DNA of 46,597 bases from Pseudomonadota bacterium (GTDB taxonomy: Bacteria > Bdellovibrionota > FAC87 > UBA2466): positions 1 to 46,597 of the forward strand of contig JAYSWN010000211.1 in assembly GCA_043718025.1 (NCBI GenBank), given 5' to 3'. The notes beneath the pieces were generated by a model. It searched no databases. It saw nothing but the letters and a program-made list of their open reading frames with translations, and had not been told where the DNA came from. This document shows positions 19,909 through 29,587 of this stretch, piece after piece. The translations under genes were made by a program, and so were the position numbers. The stretch's first letter is position 1. Every line of letters starts with the position of its first letter.

Positions 19909-20280
19909 ATGGTTCGACAGCTTTTCACAATTGTAGCGCTGACCCTGTTCTCAGCATCGGTGTTTGCTAAGCCAGCGGCGAGCAAGCACGAAGCCGTTAC
20001 CCCCAAAAAAACTGGGGCCACTGAAGCGGTCTCTGGGGATAGCACCTTCGAGACCTGCACCAGTCATGGCATGAAAGGTCTGGGATCTTCCAAAACGCGT
20101 TTGACCTGCCAGAACCCGGATCGGTCTATCCATCTGATCTGTGACGCTGAGATTGGGCAGGGTACTTACAAAGGGGCTGAGTTCGCTTCTGGCCAGCTAA
20201 AACTGGGGAGTCTTGGCGCGTCGTTCTCCTGCCAGGATTTAAGCCAAAGCACCGTAACCGCCAGCATGTCCAAGCGCTAA
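19909..20280 (+). CDS. Small secreted protein with 4 Cys
   Basis: Signal peptide (…SASVFA); GGGGAG SD; 4 Cys in the mature part. Confidence 0.75.
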   Translation: MVRQLFTIVALTLFSASVFAKPAASKHEAVTPKKTGATEAVSGDSTFETCTSHGMKGLGSSKTRLTCQNPDRSIHLICDAEIGQGTYKGAEFASGQLKLGSLGASFSCQDLSQSTVTASMSKR

Positions 20281-20295
20281 ACCGCTTTTGAGCGA

Positions 20296-21381
20296 ATGAG
20301 CTCAAAGGTTTACCAAATTCACATTTTAACCGATAAGACCCAAGTGAACTCTTGGATTCCCCTTCAACGAATTGAAACGATTATTCAGGCCGAACTCCTG
20401 TTTTTAGTTTTGGCCCTGGCCTTAAGCTCGTGGCTTTTCTACCGCCTTTTCTTAAAAGGGATCTCCCCCAGCCGCCACCACAACCTGGGCAAGCTCTTTA
20501 AGAATGTTTTAATTCATTCGGCCAATCTTTTGGCCTTCTCAATTTGTTTTTGGATGCTGCGGCTGCTCCCCGATGCGGGCACGGCAATCGGGCGCCTTAT
20601 TCCTTACCTCGGGTTACTCGCGCTTACCTGGGGTTGCATCGTGCTGATCAAAACGATGCGCATCGCCACCTTTGAGTATCTGTTTTTACAGAACATGAAG
20701 TCGGGCGTTCCGGTACTGATCGTAAATATTCTTACGCTAATATTTTCGTTGTTACTCTGCACCTGGGTGCTATCGGGAGTCTTTGACTTCAAGCTGGCGC
20801 CGCTACTGGCCACCTCAGCCATTTTTTCGATCGTTCTCGGTCTGGCGCTGCAAGAAACCTTGGGTAATCTGATGGCCGGCGTCGCCATGCAGTTTGATAA
20901 ACCGTACGAGATTGGCGACTGGATCGAAGTTTCAAACGGCCCACAAAAATGGGTAGGCCAAGTTTACGAAATCTCATGGCGTGCCACCATGCTGGTGGCC
21001 TTGGGTGACGAGTGGATTTCGGTTCCTAACCGCAACATGGCGGCTTCGCAGGTTTTAAATTTTTCGGCTAAGGTTCGCCCCTTTACCCGTAGCCATTTCC
21101 TCCATCTGCCCTTTGGGTCTGATCTTAAAAAGGCCGAAAAAATTATGTTGGATAGCGCCACCACCACTCCCGGCGTGTCACGACACCCGAAACCGCTGGC
21201 CCTGATCACCGACACCACCGGCAGCTACATTATTTATAAGCTTATTTATTACGTTGAAGACTATGGCCGACAGATGTTGATTGCCGATGAACTGCTGCAC
21301 AAAGTGCTGGTAGGGTTGGAAGCCGCCGGACTTTCACTCGCGCCCGAAAAATTTCACGTTGAAACGTCGCCTAAAACTTAA
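20296..21381 (+). CDS. mscS: Small-conductance mechanosensitive channel (MscS family); true start possibly GTG 20344
   Basis: LLATSAIFSIVLGLALQETLGNLMAG, PYEIGDWI, GQVYEISWRAT, VPN motifs. Confidence 0.93.
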   Translation: MSSKVYQIHILTDKTQVNSWIPLQRIETIIQAELLFLVLALALSSWLFYRLFLKGISPSRHHNLGKLFKNVLIHSANLLAFSICFWMLRLLPDAGTAIGRLIPYLGLLALTWGCIVLIKTMRIATFEYLFLQNMKSGVPVLIVNILTLIFSLLLCTWVLSGVFDFKLAPLLATSAIFSIVLGLALQETLGNLMAGVAMQFDKPYEIGDWIEVSNGPQKWVGQVYEISWRATMLVALGDEWISVPNRNMAASQVLNFSAKVRPFTRSHFLHLPFGSDLKKAEKIMLDSATTTPGVSRHPKPLALITDTTGSYIIYKLIYYVEDYGRQMLIADELLHKVLVGLEAAGLSLAPEKFHVETSPKT

Positions 21382-22426
21382 ATTCTATAAAACCGCGAAT
21401 GGTGTGGGCGCTGGGCGTAAGCCAAAAGCTGTAGCCTAAGCCTACCGCGTGCACGAAATCGACCATTCCGGCTAGTGAATAGGCCGCCGCCAGATCGACG
21501 CTGGCGGAAAATCCAACCGCCTGACTCAAAACGTAAACCGAGGGGCCAACTTCTAAGTTTATAGGAAAAGCATCTAGCTCATGGGTGAGGTGCAGCCCAA
21601 TTTTTGGCCCTAAAGCAAAACCTCCCCCCGCGCTGCTAAACGCCGCGAGACCGGCAAAACCTTTTAGTCCCCAAGTTTTGTTGTAGACGTATTTTGGGGT
21701 CAGCGAGGCGCTGAAACTAAAGCTGCTTTCCGCGCCAAAGCGCAGGCCCAAATCTACTTCAACGTGCTGCCACGTCACCTTATCAAGCCATCCCTCTTTC
21801 TTACCGGCGATCAGGCGATTTGGATTTTTTCTATCTTCTCGCCTCTTTTGGGCGGTGAGTTTTTTGAATTCGGTCTGGTTCACCAGTTGAAACTCAATTT
21901 GGGTGTCGGGGATTTTGCCTTCGCCCACTAAAACTAACTGGTGGGGTTCAAGGGCCCGCTTCCCCGGATGCCAAACGATCTTATTTTCGGCCATGGCCAC
22001 TTCACTACCGTCAATTGTAGCGCGGAAAATAGAACCGTCGACGGTGAACCGAAACTGTTCGCCATCGTACTTAGACTCTTTCAATCTTCCGATTTTAAGT
22101 TTGTAAGTGTCGCTAACTCCGTTCCACCCGGTGGCTTCGACGCTGATCGAATCCTGGTCGATTTCAAAAGAAAAGAGGCGGCCACTCTGATCTTGCAACT
22201 TTACGGCGGTTCCGTTCACCTTAATCTCGGTGTAAGAGCGGGGTTGCTCAAACAACAGTCGGTTATCTACAATAAAGCGGAAAGGCGCGAGTTGGCCGGT
22301 GACTTGAAACGGTTTTCTTTTTTTAAAAATGAGCGAAGACGATTTGCCTTCGGCAAGGAGCGCAGGCGCGAACAAACTAAGGGTAAGTAGCAATACCCCA
22401 TTCAGAAATTGGTTTTGGCCGGACAC
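21371..22426 (-). CDS. Secreted hypothetical protein with probable C-terminal outer-membrane beta-barrel
   Basis: Signal peptide; alternating amphipathic strands in the last ~135 aa; ends in ...GFIEFKF (BAM-type terminal Phe). Confidence 0.65.
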   Translation of the reverse strand: MSGQNQFLNGVLLLTLSLFAPALLAEGKSSSLIFKKRKPFQVTGQLAPFRFIVDNRLLFEQPRSYTEIKVNGTAVKLQDQSGRLFSFEIDQDSISVEATGWNGVSDTYKLKIGRLKESKYDGEQFRFTVDGSIFRATIDGSEVAMAENKIVWHPGKRALEPHQLVLVGEGKIPDTQIEFQLVNQTEFKKLTAQKRREDRKNPNRLIAGKKEGWLDKVTWQHVEVDLGLRFGAESSFSFSASLTPKYVYNKTWGLKGFAGLAAFSSAGGGFALGPKIGLHLTHELDAFPINLEVGPSVYVLSQAVGFSASVDLAAAYSLAGMVDFVHAVGLGYSFWLTPSAHTIRGFIEFKF

Positions 22427-22435
22427 CTTTTCATT

Positions 22436-23407
22436 CTACTCTTCCCATTCATTTCGATCGAGGCTTTCACAAAAGTGTTCTTCCTCTAGCCGTTTGATCG
22501 TTTTGGCAAAGTGACGCGACAGAATGCGGCGCTCTTCGACCCCCGTTTCATCGCACACCAGGGCTTTGGCGTACCCCTTGTAGACCCGAGCCCGCCCAAT
22601 CACTCGATTGCTCACGATGGGTAAGGCGCCGTGACCCCTCTTTTTCGCCGCCACGAGGTAGGTGACGGGAAGGGAGCGCAAATCAATTTTTAGGGTGTCG
22701 GAAAACTTTTTCCAGAAGGCGTCGCGAAATATCTCGCCCGGTGGTTTTGCAAAATGGTGGCACCAGTGCGCGGCATTTTTTAGATCCTGAAGTCCGCACG
22801 GGCCCGGGTGGGGACAGGGCGCTACAAAATCGAAATCGGTTCGGAGTGATTCCCTCTCTTTTACCATTAACTCGCTAACCATTTTTGTTCCGGGTTCCAC
22901 CCAAACGAAAGCATTAGCGTTAGCAAGCACCTTCTGAAGTGACTCCCATTCGGGGGCGGGCAACTCGTTTACAACGTGACTCACTAACACCAAACCTTTG
23001 GGCGGAATATCGGCGTTAGTCTTTAGGCAGGTTACCGAAAGCTGCGGATTCACTTCGAGGAGTCTCTTTTTCGCAAACTCCATTGCCGACGAAGAACGGT
23101 CAAAAAGAAAAAAATCTGACGCCGTACCGGGGTGATGGTGTAACCAACGACGAGAAGCGATTCCGCTGCCGCAACCATAATCTACCACAATTGCCGGGGC
23201 GGCAAAGCGGGGGTCTTGCTTAGTAAGCAACTCAGCGACTACGCTATTCCACTTCCAACCGATGCGTTGGGCAAACGTCTGATCGTAGAGGGCGAGCAGT
23301 TGGGGAGTGGTCCAATAGTCTTTTTTTCTTTCGTTTGCTTCGGCCAAAAAGGTTTGGCGAAGGCCCTTAAGCGTTTGCCAGTCATTATGTGAGAATTCTA
23401 GGCTCAT
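22436..23407 (-). CDS. Rsm22/METTL17-like SAM-dependent methyltransferase
   Basis: DYGCGSG SAM motif; SHVVNEL; VEPGT; APCPHPGPCGL...WCH plus a distal LVC, matching Rsm22-family motifs. Confidence 0.82.
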   Translation of the reverse strand: MSLEFSHNDWQTLKGLRQTFLAEANERKKDYWTTPQLLALYDQTFAQRIGWKWNSVVAELLTKQDPRFAAPAIVVDYGCGSGIASRRWLHHHPGTASDFFLFDRSSSAMEFAKKRLLEVNPQLSVTCLKTNADIPPKGLVLVSHVVNELPAPEWESLQKVLANANAFVWVEPGTKMVSELMVKERESLRTDFDFVAPCPHPGPCGLQDLKNAAHWCHHFAKPPGEIFRDAFWKKFSDTLKIDLRSLPVTYLVAAKKRGHGALPIVSNRVIGRARVYKGYAKALVCDETGVEERRILSRHFAKTIKRLEEEHFCESLDRNEWEE

Positions 23408-25398
23408 GTTGCGGGCGTGGGGTCGAGCTTTTCGTAAAGTGATTTGAGTAACGCTAGCCGACCTTCGTCACCCAGCGGTCGCCCGGATTCATGGGTTTCT
23501 AACAAGCCGGAGGGGAGTTCAGTTAGAAAGCGTGAGGGCACTACGTTTATTCGACGGCCGTGGCGCGATCGAGTCTTAGAACGAGTGAGCACCAGCTTTC
23601 TCTTGGCGCGGGTAACCCCCACGTAAAAGAGGCGACGCTCTTCTTGCACATCTCCCCCCAGTGAGCGGTGAGGGAGAAGATCTTCTTCAACGCCGGCCAA
23701 GTAGACTTGAATGAATTCGAGCCCCTTGCAGGCGTGTAGCGTCATCAATGAAACTTTGGGGGCCTTTTCGGAGTCATCGTGATCATCGCGCAGCTCCATG
23801 TTCTCCATGAATTTTTGCAAATTCTTTTCGGTGCGGTCGCGGGTTGAGAAGTGGCGATTTAAGAAACTGCCGAAAATGTCGACGGCACGCCAGCGCTTGT
23901 CTCCCGACGTGGGATCGGTTGAGATCGTGCGCAAATGATCGCGGTAGCCCAGGCGCATCAGCTCGTCGGCGAAAGCCTCGCCCGGTTTGTCTTTGGTCAT
24001 CACCGCCGCCTTAAGCCGTTCTAGGAAGGCAAACAGGTCGCCGATGGCGGTGATGGTTTTTAGATCAAGTTCGGCCTTATCCGCCCGCCGGGCCGCATCC
24101 ACAAAAGACAATTTGTTAAATTCGGCAAACGCCTGAATTTTGTCGTAGGTTTTTTCGCCGATGCCACGCGGCGGCAGATTTAGAATGCGCCGAAACGCCA
24201 CATCGTGTGGACGCAAAGCACAGCGCAAAAAGGCGAGACAGTCGCGCACTTCGCGTCGATCAAAAAAAGCGGTGCCGCCGCTTACCTTATACTCAATCGC
24301 CAAACGGCGAAGCTCGGCTTCGAGCGGAGCGCTCTGCCCGTTTGAACGATAAAGAATGGCAATTTCGTTTTTGGGAATGCCGTCGCGGATCGCGGTTTCA
24401 ATTTCGTGAGCTATCCACTCTGCCTCTTCACCCTCATTTTCAAAAACAAAAAGCTCTGGCTTTTGGTCATCGGGTTTACCCCCGCACGCTTTCAACACCT
24501 TTTCGTGCCGGGTGGTGTTTTTGGAAATTACGGTGTTGGCGAGGTTCAAAATTTGTTCTGAGCAGCGGTAATTTCGCTCAAGGCGCACCACTTTGCAGCC
24601 TTTAAATAATTTAGGAAAACCAAGAATGTTTGAGACGCAGGCCCCACGCCAGCCGTAGATCGCTTGGTCGTCATCGCCTACCACCGCTAAGTTGCGATGG
24701 CCGGCGGTTAACTTCTTCAAAAATTTCATCTGCGTGGGGTTGGTGTCTTGAAATTCATCCACCATCACTTGGGCGAACTGCCCCTGAATCTCCGCGCACA
24801 GCTCGGGAATTTCTAAAAGCTTAATGGGCTCAAGCAGCAAGCCGTCAAAATCTACGACCGCCAAACTTCTTAGGCGGCTTTCGTATTTGGGCAGAAGCCA
24901 TTCGGTGGCCTCTTCGTAGGCGTCAACCGAGCTTGCCGCGCGCTGACCGTTTTCGCGCCATTCTCCCATTCGCTTTAAAAGTAGTTCGGTGTCGAAGCCC
25001 TTTTTCTCGTGATGCTTGAGGTCCGCCATCAGCTCTTTAACGATGCCCTCGGCGTCGTGCTGATCCACAATTGAAAATTTTTTCGGTAGCCCGATATGTT
25101 CGCCGTACTCTTTGAGCAACGACAGCCCAAAAGAGTGAAACGTTCCGGCCCAGATTTTATCGCCGGCTTTCCCCAATTTGGCGCCAACGCGATTTTTAAG
25201 CTCCCGGGCTGCTTTGTTGGTGAACGTGAGAACGCACAACGCATCGGGAGCTACGATTTTTTCGGCAACCAGGCGCCCGGCGCGGGCAACCAAAACCGTA
25301 GTCTTGCCCGAACCGGCACCCGCTAAGATCAGCAGGGGGCCATCATTGTGCAAAGCAGCTTCTTGCTGCTCGGGGTTAAGTCCGGACAAAAAATTCAT
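23404..25398 (-). CDS. SF1 ATP-dependent DNA helicase (Rep/UvrD/PcrA family)
   Basis: AGAGSGKT, TFTNKAAREL, TFHS, DEFQDTN, VGDDDQAIYGWRGA, TLHACKGLEF, EERRLFYVGVTRAK, PSRF. Confidence 0.97.
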   Translation of the reverse strand: MNFLSGLNPEQQEAALHNDGPLLILAGAGSGKTTVLVARAGRLVAEKIVAPDALCVLTFTNKAARELKNRVGAKLGKAGDKIWAGTFHSFGLSLLKEYGEHIGLPKKFSIVDQHDAEGIVKELMADLKHHEKKGFDTELLLKRMGEWRENGQRAASSVDAYEEATEWLLPKYESRLRSLAVVDFDGLLLEPIKLLEIPELCAEIQGQFAQVMVDEFQDTNPTQMKFLKKLTAGHRNLAVVGDDDQAIYGWRGACVSNILGFPKLFKGCKVVRLERNYRCSEQILNLANTVISKNTTRHEKVLKACGGKPDDQKPELFVFENEGEEAEWIAHEIETAIRDGIPKNEIAILYRSNGQSAPLEAELRRLAIEYKVSGGTAFFDRREVRDCLAFLRCALRPHDVAFRRILNLPPRGIGEKTYDKIQAFAEFNKLSFVDAARRADKAELDLKTITAIGDLFAFLERLKAAVMTKDKPGEAFADELMRLGYRDHLRTISTDPTSGDKRWRAVDIFGSFLNRHFSTRDRTEKNLQKFMENMELRDDHDDSEKAPKVSLMTLHACKGLEFIQVYLAGVEEDLLPHRSLGGDVQEERRLFYVGVTRAKRKLVLTRSKTRSRHGRRINVVPSRFLTELPSGLLETHESGRPLGDEGRLALLKSLYEKLDPTPAT

Positions 25399-25405
25399 CG
25401 TTGAG

Positions 25406-26293
25406 TCAGTTCACGTGATTGAGGAAATTTATAATAGGTTCGGCCACTTTTTCAGGGTTGTCCATATGCAGGTGGTGGCCACCCGGAATCGCCACTTCTT
25501 TCAAGCCTTTAACCGCGGCCCTCCGGCCGTTAAGAATGGTCTCGTTGTTAAGCCCGCCCTCGGTGCCCCGTATCAACAGTACGGGACATTTGATTTCACT
25601 TAGATAACCCAGCACGTGCGCCTCGGTAAGGCGAAGAATAGAAGGCAGCTTTAGGCGCGAATCACTTCGCCACGTTACCCCTCCGTCAACGTTGATTAGA
25701 CCGCGCTCGCACAACTTTTGTACCGCCGGACGGGAGATGCCACCTACCGTCATTCGCGCCGCAACCGCGGTAGCGACGTCGGGGTAGAGCGGCTTTCTCT
25801 TTTTATCCATGTCCTGACGCGACTCAATAAACTGGCGAAAGTTTGGCACCAACTCATTAGGCTCAGAGGTAAATGGCCCTAGGGCCTCGATGAAGATGGC
25901 GGCGCGGGTCAACTCAGGAAAAAAGGCGCTCACCACCGATGTGATTCCGCCGCCAAGTGAGTGGCCCAGCAAAATAAACTGCGGATGGCCCAGGCTACGA
26001 AGCGCGTCGCCCACGTCCACGGCGGCGTCCCAAAAATGGTAGCTGGTGCCGGGGGGCCGGTGGTCCGATAGGCCATGGCCGGGTAGATCAATGGCGATGA
26101 TTTCTCCCGGGTAGTTTAAATGCGCCACCAGCAAGTCAAAAGAGTTGGCGTTGTCGAGCCAGCCGTGCAGCAAGACTAACGGTGCGGAAACTGACTCTTC
26201 GGCAGCATCGGTGGCCGACCACTTTTTCGCGGCGAGCCTTCCCCAGCGGATCGGGATGGAAATTTCTTGGTACATTCTTGAAGTGGCTGGCAC
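25406..26293 (-). CDS. Alpha/beta fold hydrolase (start may be ATG 26275)
   Basis: LHGWLDNANSF, DLPGHGLS, GHSLG nucleophile elbow, GGHHLHM. Confidence 0.93.
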   Translation of the reverse strand: MPATSRMYQEISIPIRWGRLAAKKWSATDAAEESVSAPLVLLHGWLDNANSFDLLVAHLNYPGEIIAIDLPGHGLSDHRPPGTSYHFWDAAVDVGDALRSLGHPQFILLGHSLGGGITSVVSAFFPELTRAAIFIEALGPFTSEPNELVPNFRQFIESRQDMDKKRKPLYPDVATAVAARMTVGGISRPAVQKLCERGLINVDGGVTWRSDSRLKLPSILRLTEAHVLGYLSEIKCPVLLIRGTEGGLNNETILNGRRAAVKGLKEVAIPGGHHLHMDNPEKVAEPIINFLNHVN

Positions 26294-26372
26294 CTCCCTG
26301 GTCTACTTGGGCCGGGGACGGATGAAAAGGTTGGTCTTCTTCTTAAGCTGTGGATAGATTACCTTTTCACCC

Positions 26373-27512
26373 ATGAACCACTCACGCGCCAGCACCGACA
26401 CCGAATTAAAGTGGTTTCGCCTCTGCACGCGCCAGCTTCAGTTGGACTACGATCAGATCTGTTATTGGTATCAATTAAAGCTCAGACGGCCTTTGTTTGA
26501 AGTGAAGGAGAGCCTTACCTTCTGGGGACAGTGGGACCCGGTTACAAGAAAAATTGCAATCTCCAAGAGATTTATTGAGCAACAGCCCTGGAACGTGGTT
26601 TTAGAAGTTTTAAAACACGAGATGGCTCACCAGTTTGTTTCTGAAGTGCTCAATAGCGATGAAGCGCACGGCCCCCTATTTCATTCGGCCTGCAATAAAT
26701 TGGGAGTGGCCGAATGGGCGCGAAAAACCGAAGGCGAAATTCAGCCGCCGGCGGCGGACGCGACCGATGAAAAAAATACTGGCCCTAGCGACAATCGGCT
26801 GATGGCTCGCGTGCAAAAACTATTGGCCTTGGCCAATTCCGCCAATGCCAACGAGGCCGCCGCCGCCATGGCGAAAGTGCAAGAACTCTATTTAAAGTAC
26901 AACTTGGACTCATTGGTTGAGAATCGCGATGAACGGTGCACTTTTCGGTTAATTCGTTTCGGCCGTAAACGCTTGGAGCGTTTTCACTACTTAGCTTGCT
27001 CCATTTTGAGTGATTACTATTTTGTGGAAGTGATCTACGGCACTTTGTTCGATAGCAAAGCGCTAAGTTCATACCGAACCGCAGAAATTCTGGGCACTAA
27101 AGAAAATGTTTTACTCGCCGAGTATGTATTCCATTTTCTCTTTCAGCAGGCGGGGCACCTTTGGCAGGTGGAAAAAAAAGGAAAAACGCGTTCGCGCTCG
27201 TCTTTCTATCTAGGGGTGTTGAGCGGATTTAAGGAAAAGCTGCAGACGCAAAAAGAGGCGCTCGAACAAGAGGTGCGGCAAGAGGGTAGCGAGGCCCGTA
27301 AGCAGGCTTTGCTCGTATTGCAGCATGACCCCCGTGTCGAACAGTTTGTTAAGGAACGGTTTCCACGGCTTCATCGTTTTTCGCGGGCCCACACTCTGCG
27401 CGACTCAGGCGCGTTCGAAGCGGGACGACAAAAGGGGCGTAACATTGTGCTGCGCAAGCCCATTACCGACTCCAAAGGCATCTTGGGCCGCTTTCTGCCC
27501 AAAAGACCCTGA
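26373..27512 (+). CDS. SprT-like Zn metalloprotease domain plus DUF2786-like domain protein
   Basis: WGQW...VLKHEMAHQ...HGPLF (SprT-like) followed by 'RVQKLLALANSANANEAAAAMAKVQELYLKYNL' (DUF2786-like). Confidence 0.85.
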   Translation: MNHSRASTDTELKWFRLCTRQLQLDYDQICYWYQLKLRRPLFEVKESLTFWGQWDPVTRKIAISKRFIEQQPWNVVLEVLKHEMAHQFVSEVLNSDEAHGPLFHSACNKLGVAEWARKTEGEIQPPAADATDEKNTGPSDNRLMARVQKLLALANSANANEAAAAMAKVQELYLKYNLDSLVENRDERCTFRLIRFGRKRLERFHYLACSILSDYYFVEVIYGTLFDSKALSSYRTAEILGTKENVLLAEYVFHFLFQQAGHLWQVEKKGKTRSRSSFYLGVLSGFKEKLQTQKEALEQEVRQEGSEARKQALLVLQHDPRVEQFVKERFPRLHRFSRAHTLRDSGAFEAGRQKGRNIVLRKPITDSKGILGRFLPKRP

Positions 27513-27558
27513 CCTCCTTTGCGTTAACTCGGCGCGTTGTCTTGTTGAGCCATTCGCT

Positions 27559-27585
27559 TAGAACTTCTTGATATTTCTCCGATAA
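27559..27585 (+). promoter_or_regulatory. Putative sigma28/FliA promoter immediately before the ATG of the M16 peptidase
   Basis: TAGA-N15-TCCGATAA, then 7 nt to ATG 27593. Confidence 0.55.
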
Positions 27586-27592
27586 GACAAGG

Positions 27593-29581
27593 ATGACCTG
27601 GCACCGCTACCTAATCTATTTCTTTTGTTTCAGTCGGCTGGTGGCGGCGGCCGTTCCCCATTCGGCAATCGAACGTCACACGCTAAACAACGGCCTCACC
27701 GTGGTGTTGGTGTCGGTGCCATTCGCGCGCCAAATTGAATTACAGATCAGAGTAGGTTCGGGCTGGCGAGAAGAAGACGCCGCAAACCGCGGCGTTGCTC
27801 ACCTGTTGGAGCACACGATCCAACGCGATCTGAAGGCAGGGGCCTCCCACACCTATCCGGATCGTTTTCGCGAAGAGGTGGCGGGAGACTTTCAAGGGGT
27901 GACGACGTGGAAGAGCACCTCCTTCTTTGTCACGGTGCCCTCACTAAAAGGTATCTGGGCGCTCAACGAGTTTCATCGCATGTTATTTCGCCGCGAGTTT
28001 AAAACTGAGGACATTGACCGGGCCCGTACCGAAGTGTGGAAAGAGATTGGCGAACCTACTGATCCGTTACTGCACTTTTTGCAAGGGCTGTCTCCGCCGC
28101 AATGGGTATTGCCCGACTTTTTTTCTACTGAATTCGCTATACAGAACACGCCGGGCTTGCCCGAACAGGTGCGTCGCAGTACTCGCCGGCTGAAAGCCGA
28201 AGACTTAAACGCGTTTTATAAAGAGCATTACGTTCCGAATAACATGACGCTCTATTACTCCGGCCCGTTCAAAGAAAAAGAGACTTTGGCGTTCATGCGC
28301 GAGACCTTCGAGCGCGAGCCGTCAAGGGAGTCATTGATCAAAGAAGAGAGTGACCCCTCACCGAGAGATCAGCCTTACGTCCGTTCTAACGTTACAACGG
28401 GCGCGCCCTGGCTATCGTTGGGAACCAAGTTTTGGAACATCGAGCCTCAAGATGAGATGGCGTTACAGCTATTCTTTGAATCGATCACCGATCGGTTTAA
28501 ATTAGAAATGGCCCAACCTAATAATACGATTACCTCGGTGGAAAAGAAGATCTGGGTAGACGATGCCCGGTTTGGATACGCCGTACTCAATTTTGAATTC
28601 TCGGGAATGGACTTTGCCAAAGAACAGAGGCGAATTGTCGATCTGATCACTAAAAAAACCTATTACGGCGAACTTACGGAGAACGAAGTTCAAAGCGCAA
28701 AGAAAAAAATTCGTAAACGAAGCGAGGATTGGGAGGGTAACAGTGAAATTCAACTCAAGGCGGCCCAGGCCTTACTTGATTTTCAACAAACTTACGAGAC
28801 CGAAGCCACTCCGTTGGAGGTCTTGGACAAGTTGAGTACGCATGAGATAAAGGAGCGTCTGACGCGGCTTTTTCGCCCCGAACGTCAGTACTTGGTGAAA
28901 CATGAGCCTCCGCAACTATTTAAAGGCGAGTCTTTGTTTCTTTGGGCCGTGATTGCGCTATTGACGGTAATGGGTTTTCGCTACGGTTTTGCGCGGAACT
29001 TTCCGCACACTCGAGTTCGTTACGTGCGCAAGGTGAGGTATTCGCCCTTTTTCTTTCTTCTTTCTGGCTTCGTTTTTTTGAATTTTATTTGGGTTGTTTG
29101 TCAGGTTTTTCAGCTGCTTGAAGCGCGCCTCTTAAACGTAAATTTCATTCAGAGCTCATTTTGGATTAGTCAGTACCTTTTGCTGGGCTTCTTTGTGTGC
29201 GTGACGACGGCCATTGCCATGACCTTTTTAGGTTCAATCCCAAGAAAAATATTGATCGTCGATAATAAACTGTGGATTAAATCAATCAGTTTCCGTTCTC
29301 GTCGCTTCTCTAAGGGCATGATTAAAACGATTTTTTGTTGCCGACCTTATCAACTGGTGACAATGGGTTTTTTTAAAGAGTGGCCCCGTCTTTTTCATTG
29401 GGCCCTATGGAAACGTGGATTATTTATTGAACTGAAGGATGGCACTTCATACTATTTGGGTTTTTCTGACCCTGACCGCGTATTGAGAGAGCTAAACCAA
29501 ATGTTTCACGAAGCTCTGCACCATGATCCAAAGGAAGCTCCGGTAGTCGAAGACATCACCCCGCTACAAAAATTCTATTGA
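27593..29581 (+). CDS. M16 (insulinase) family peptidase with C-terminal membrane module
   Basis: Signal peptide; TLNNGLTVV; GVAHLLEH (HxxEH); FYKEHYVPNNMTL; three hydrophobic segments and a basic C-terminal domain. Confidence 0.85.
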   Translation: MTWHRYLIYFFCFSRLVAAAVPHSAIERHTLNNGLTVVLVSVPFARQIELQIRVGSGWREEDAANRGVAHLLEHTIQRDLKAGASHTYPDRFREEVAGDFQGVTTWKSTSFFVTVPSLKGIWALNEFHRMLFRREFKTEDIDRARTEVWKEIGEPTDPLLHFLQGLSPPQWVLPDFFSTEFAIQNTPGLPEQVRRSTRRLKAEDLNAFYKEHYVPNNMTLYYSGPFKEKETLAFMRETFEREPSRESLIKEESDPSPRDQPYVRSNVTTGAPWLSLGTKFWNIEPQDEMALQLFFESITDRFKLEMAQPNNTITSVEKKIWVDDARFGYAVLNFEFSGMDFAKEQRRIVDLITKKTYYGELTENEVQSAKKKIRKRSEDWEGNSEIQLKAAQALLDFQQTYETEATPLEVLDKLSTHEIKERLTRLFRPERQYLVKHEPPQLFKGESLFLWAVIALLTVMGFRYGFARNFPHTRVRYVRKVRYSPFFFLLSGFVFLNFIWVVCQVFQLLEARLLNVNFIQSSFWISQYLLLGFFVCVTTAIAMTFLGSIPRKILIVDNKLWIKSISFRSRRFSKGMIKTIFCCRPYQLVTMGFFKEWPRLFHWALWKRGLFIELKDGTSYYLGFSDPDRVLRELNQMFHEALHHDPKEAPVVEDITPLQKFY

Positions 29582-29587
29582 TTCAGC

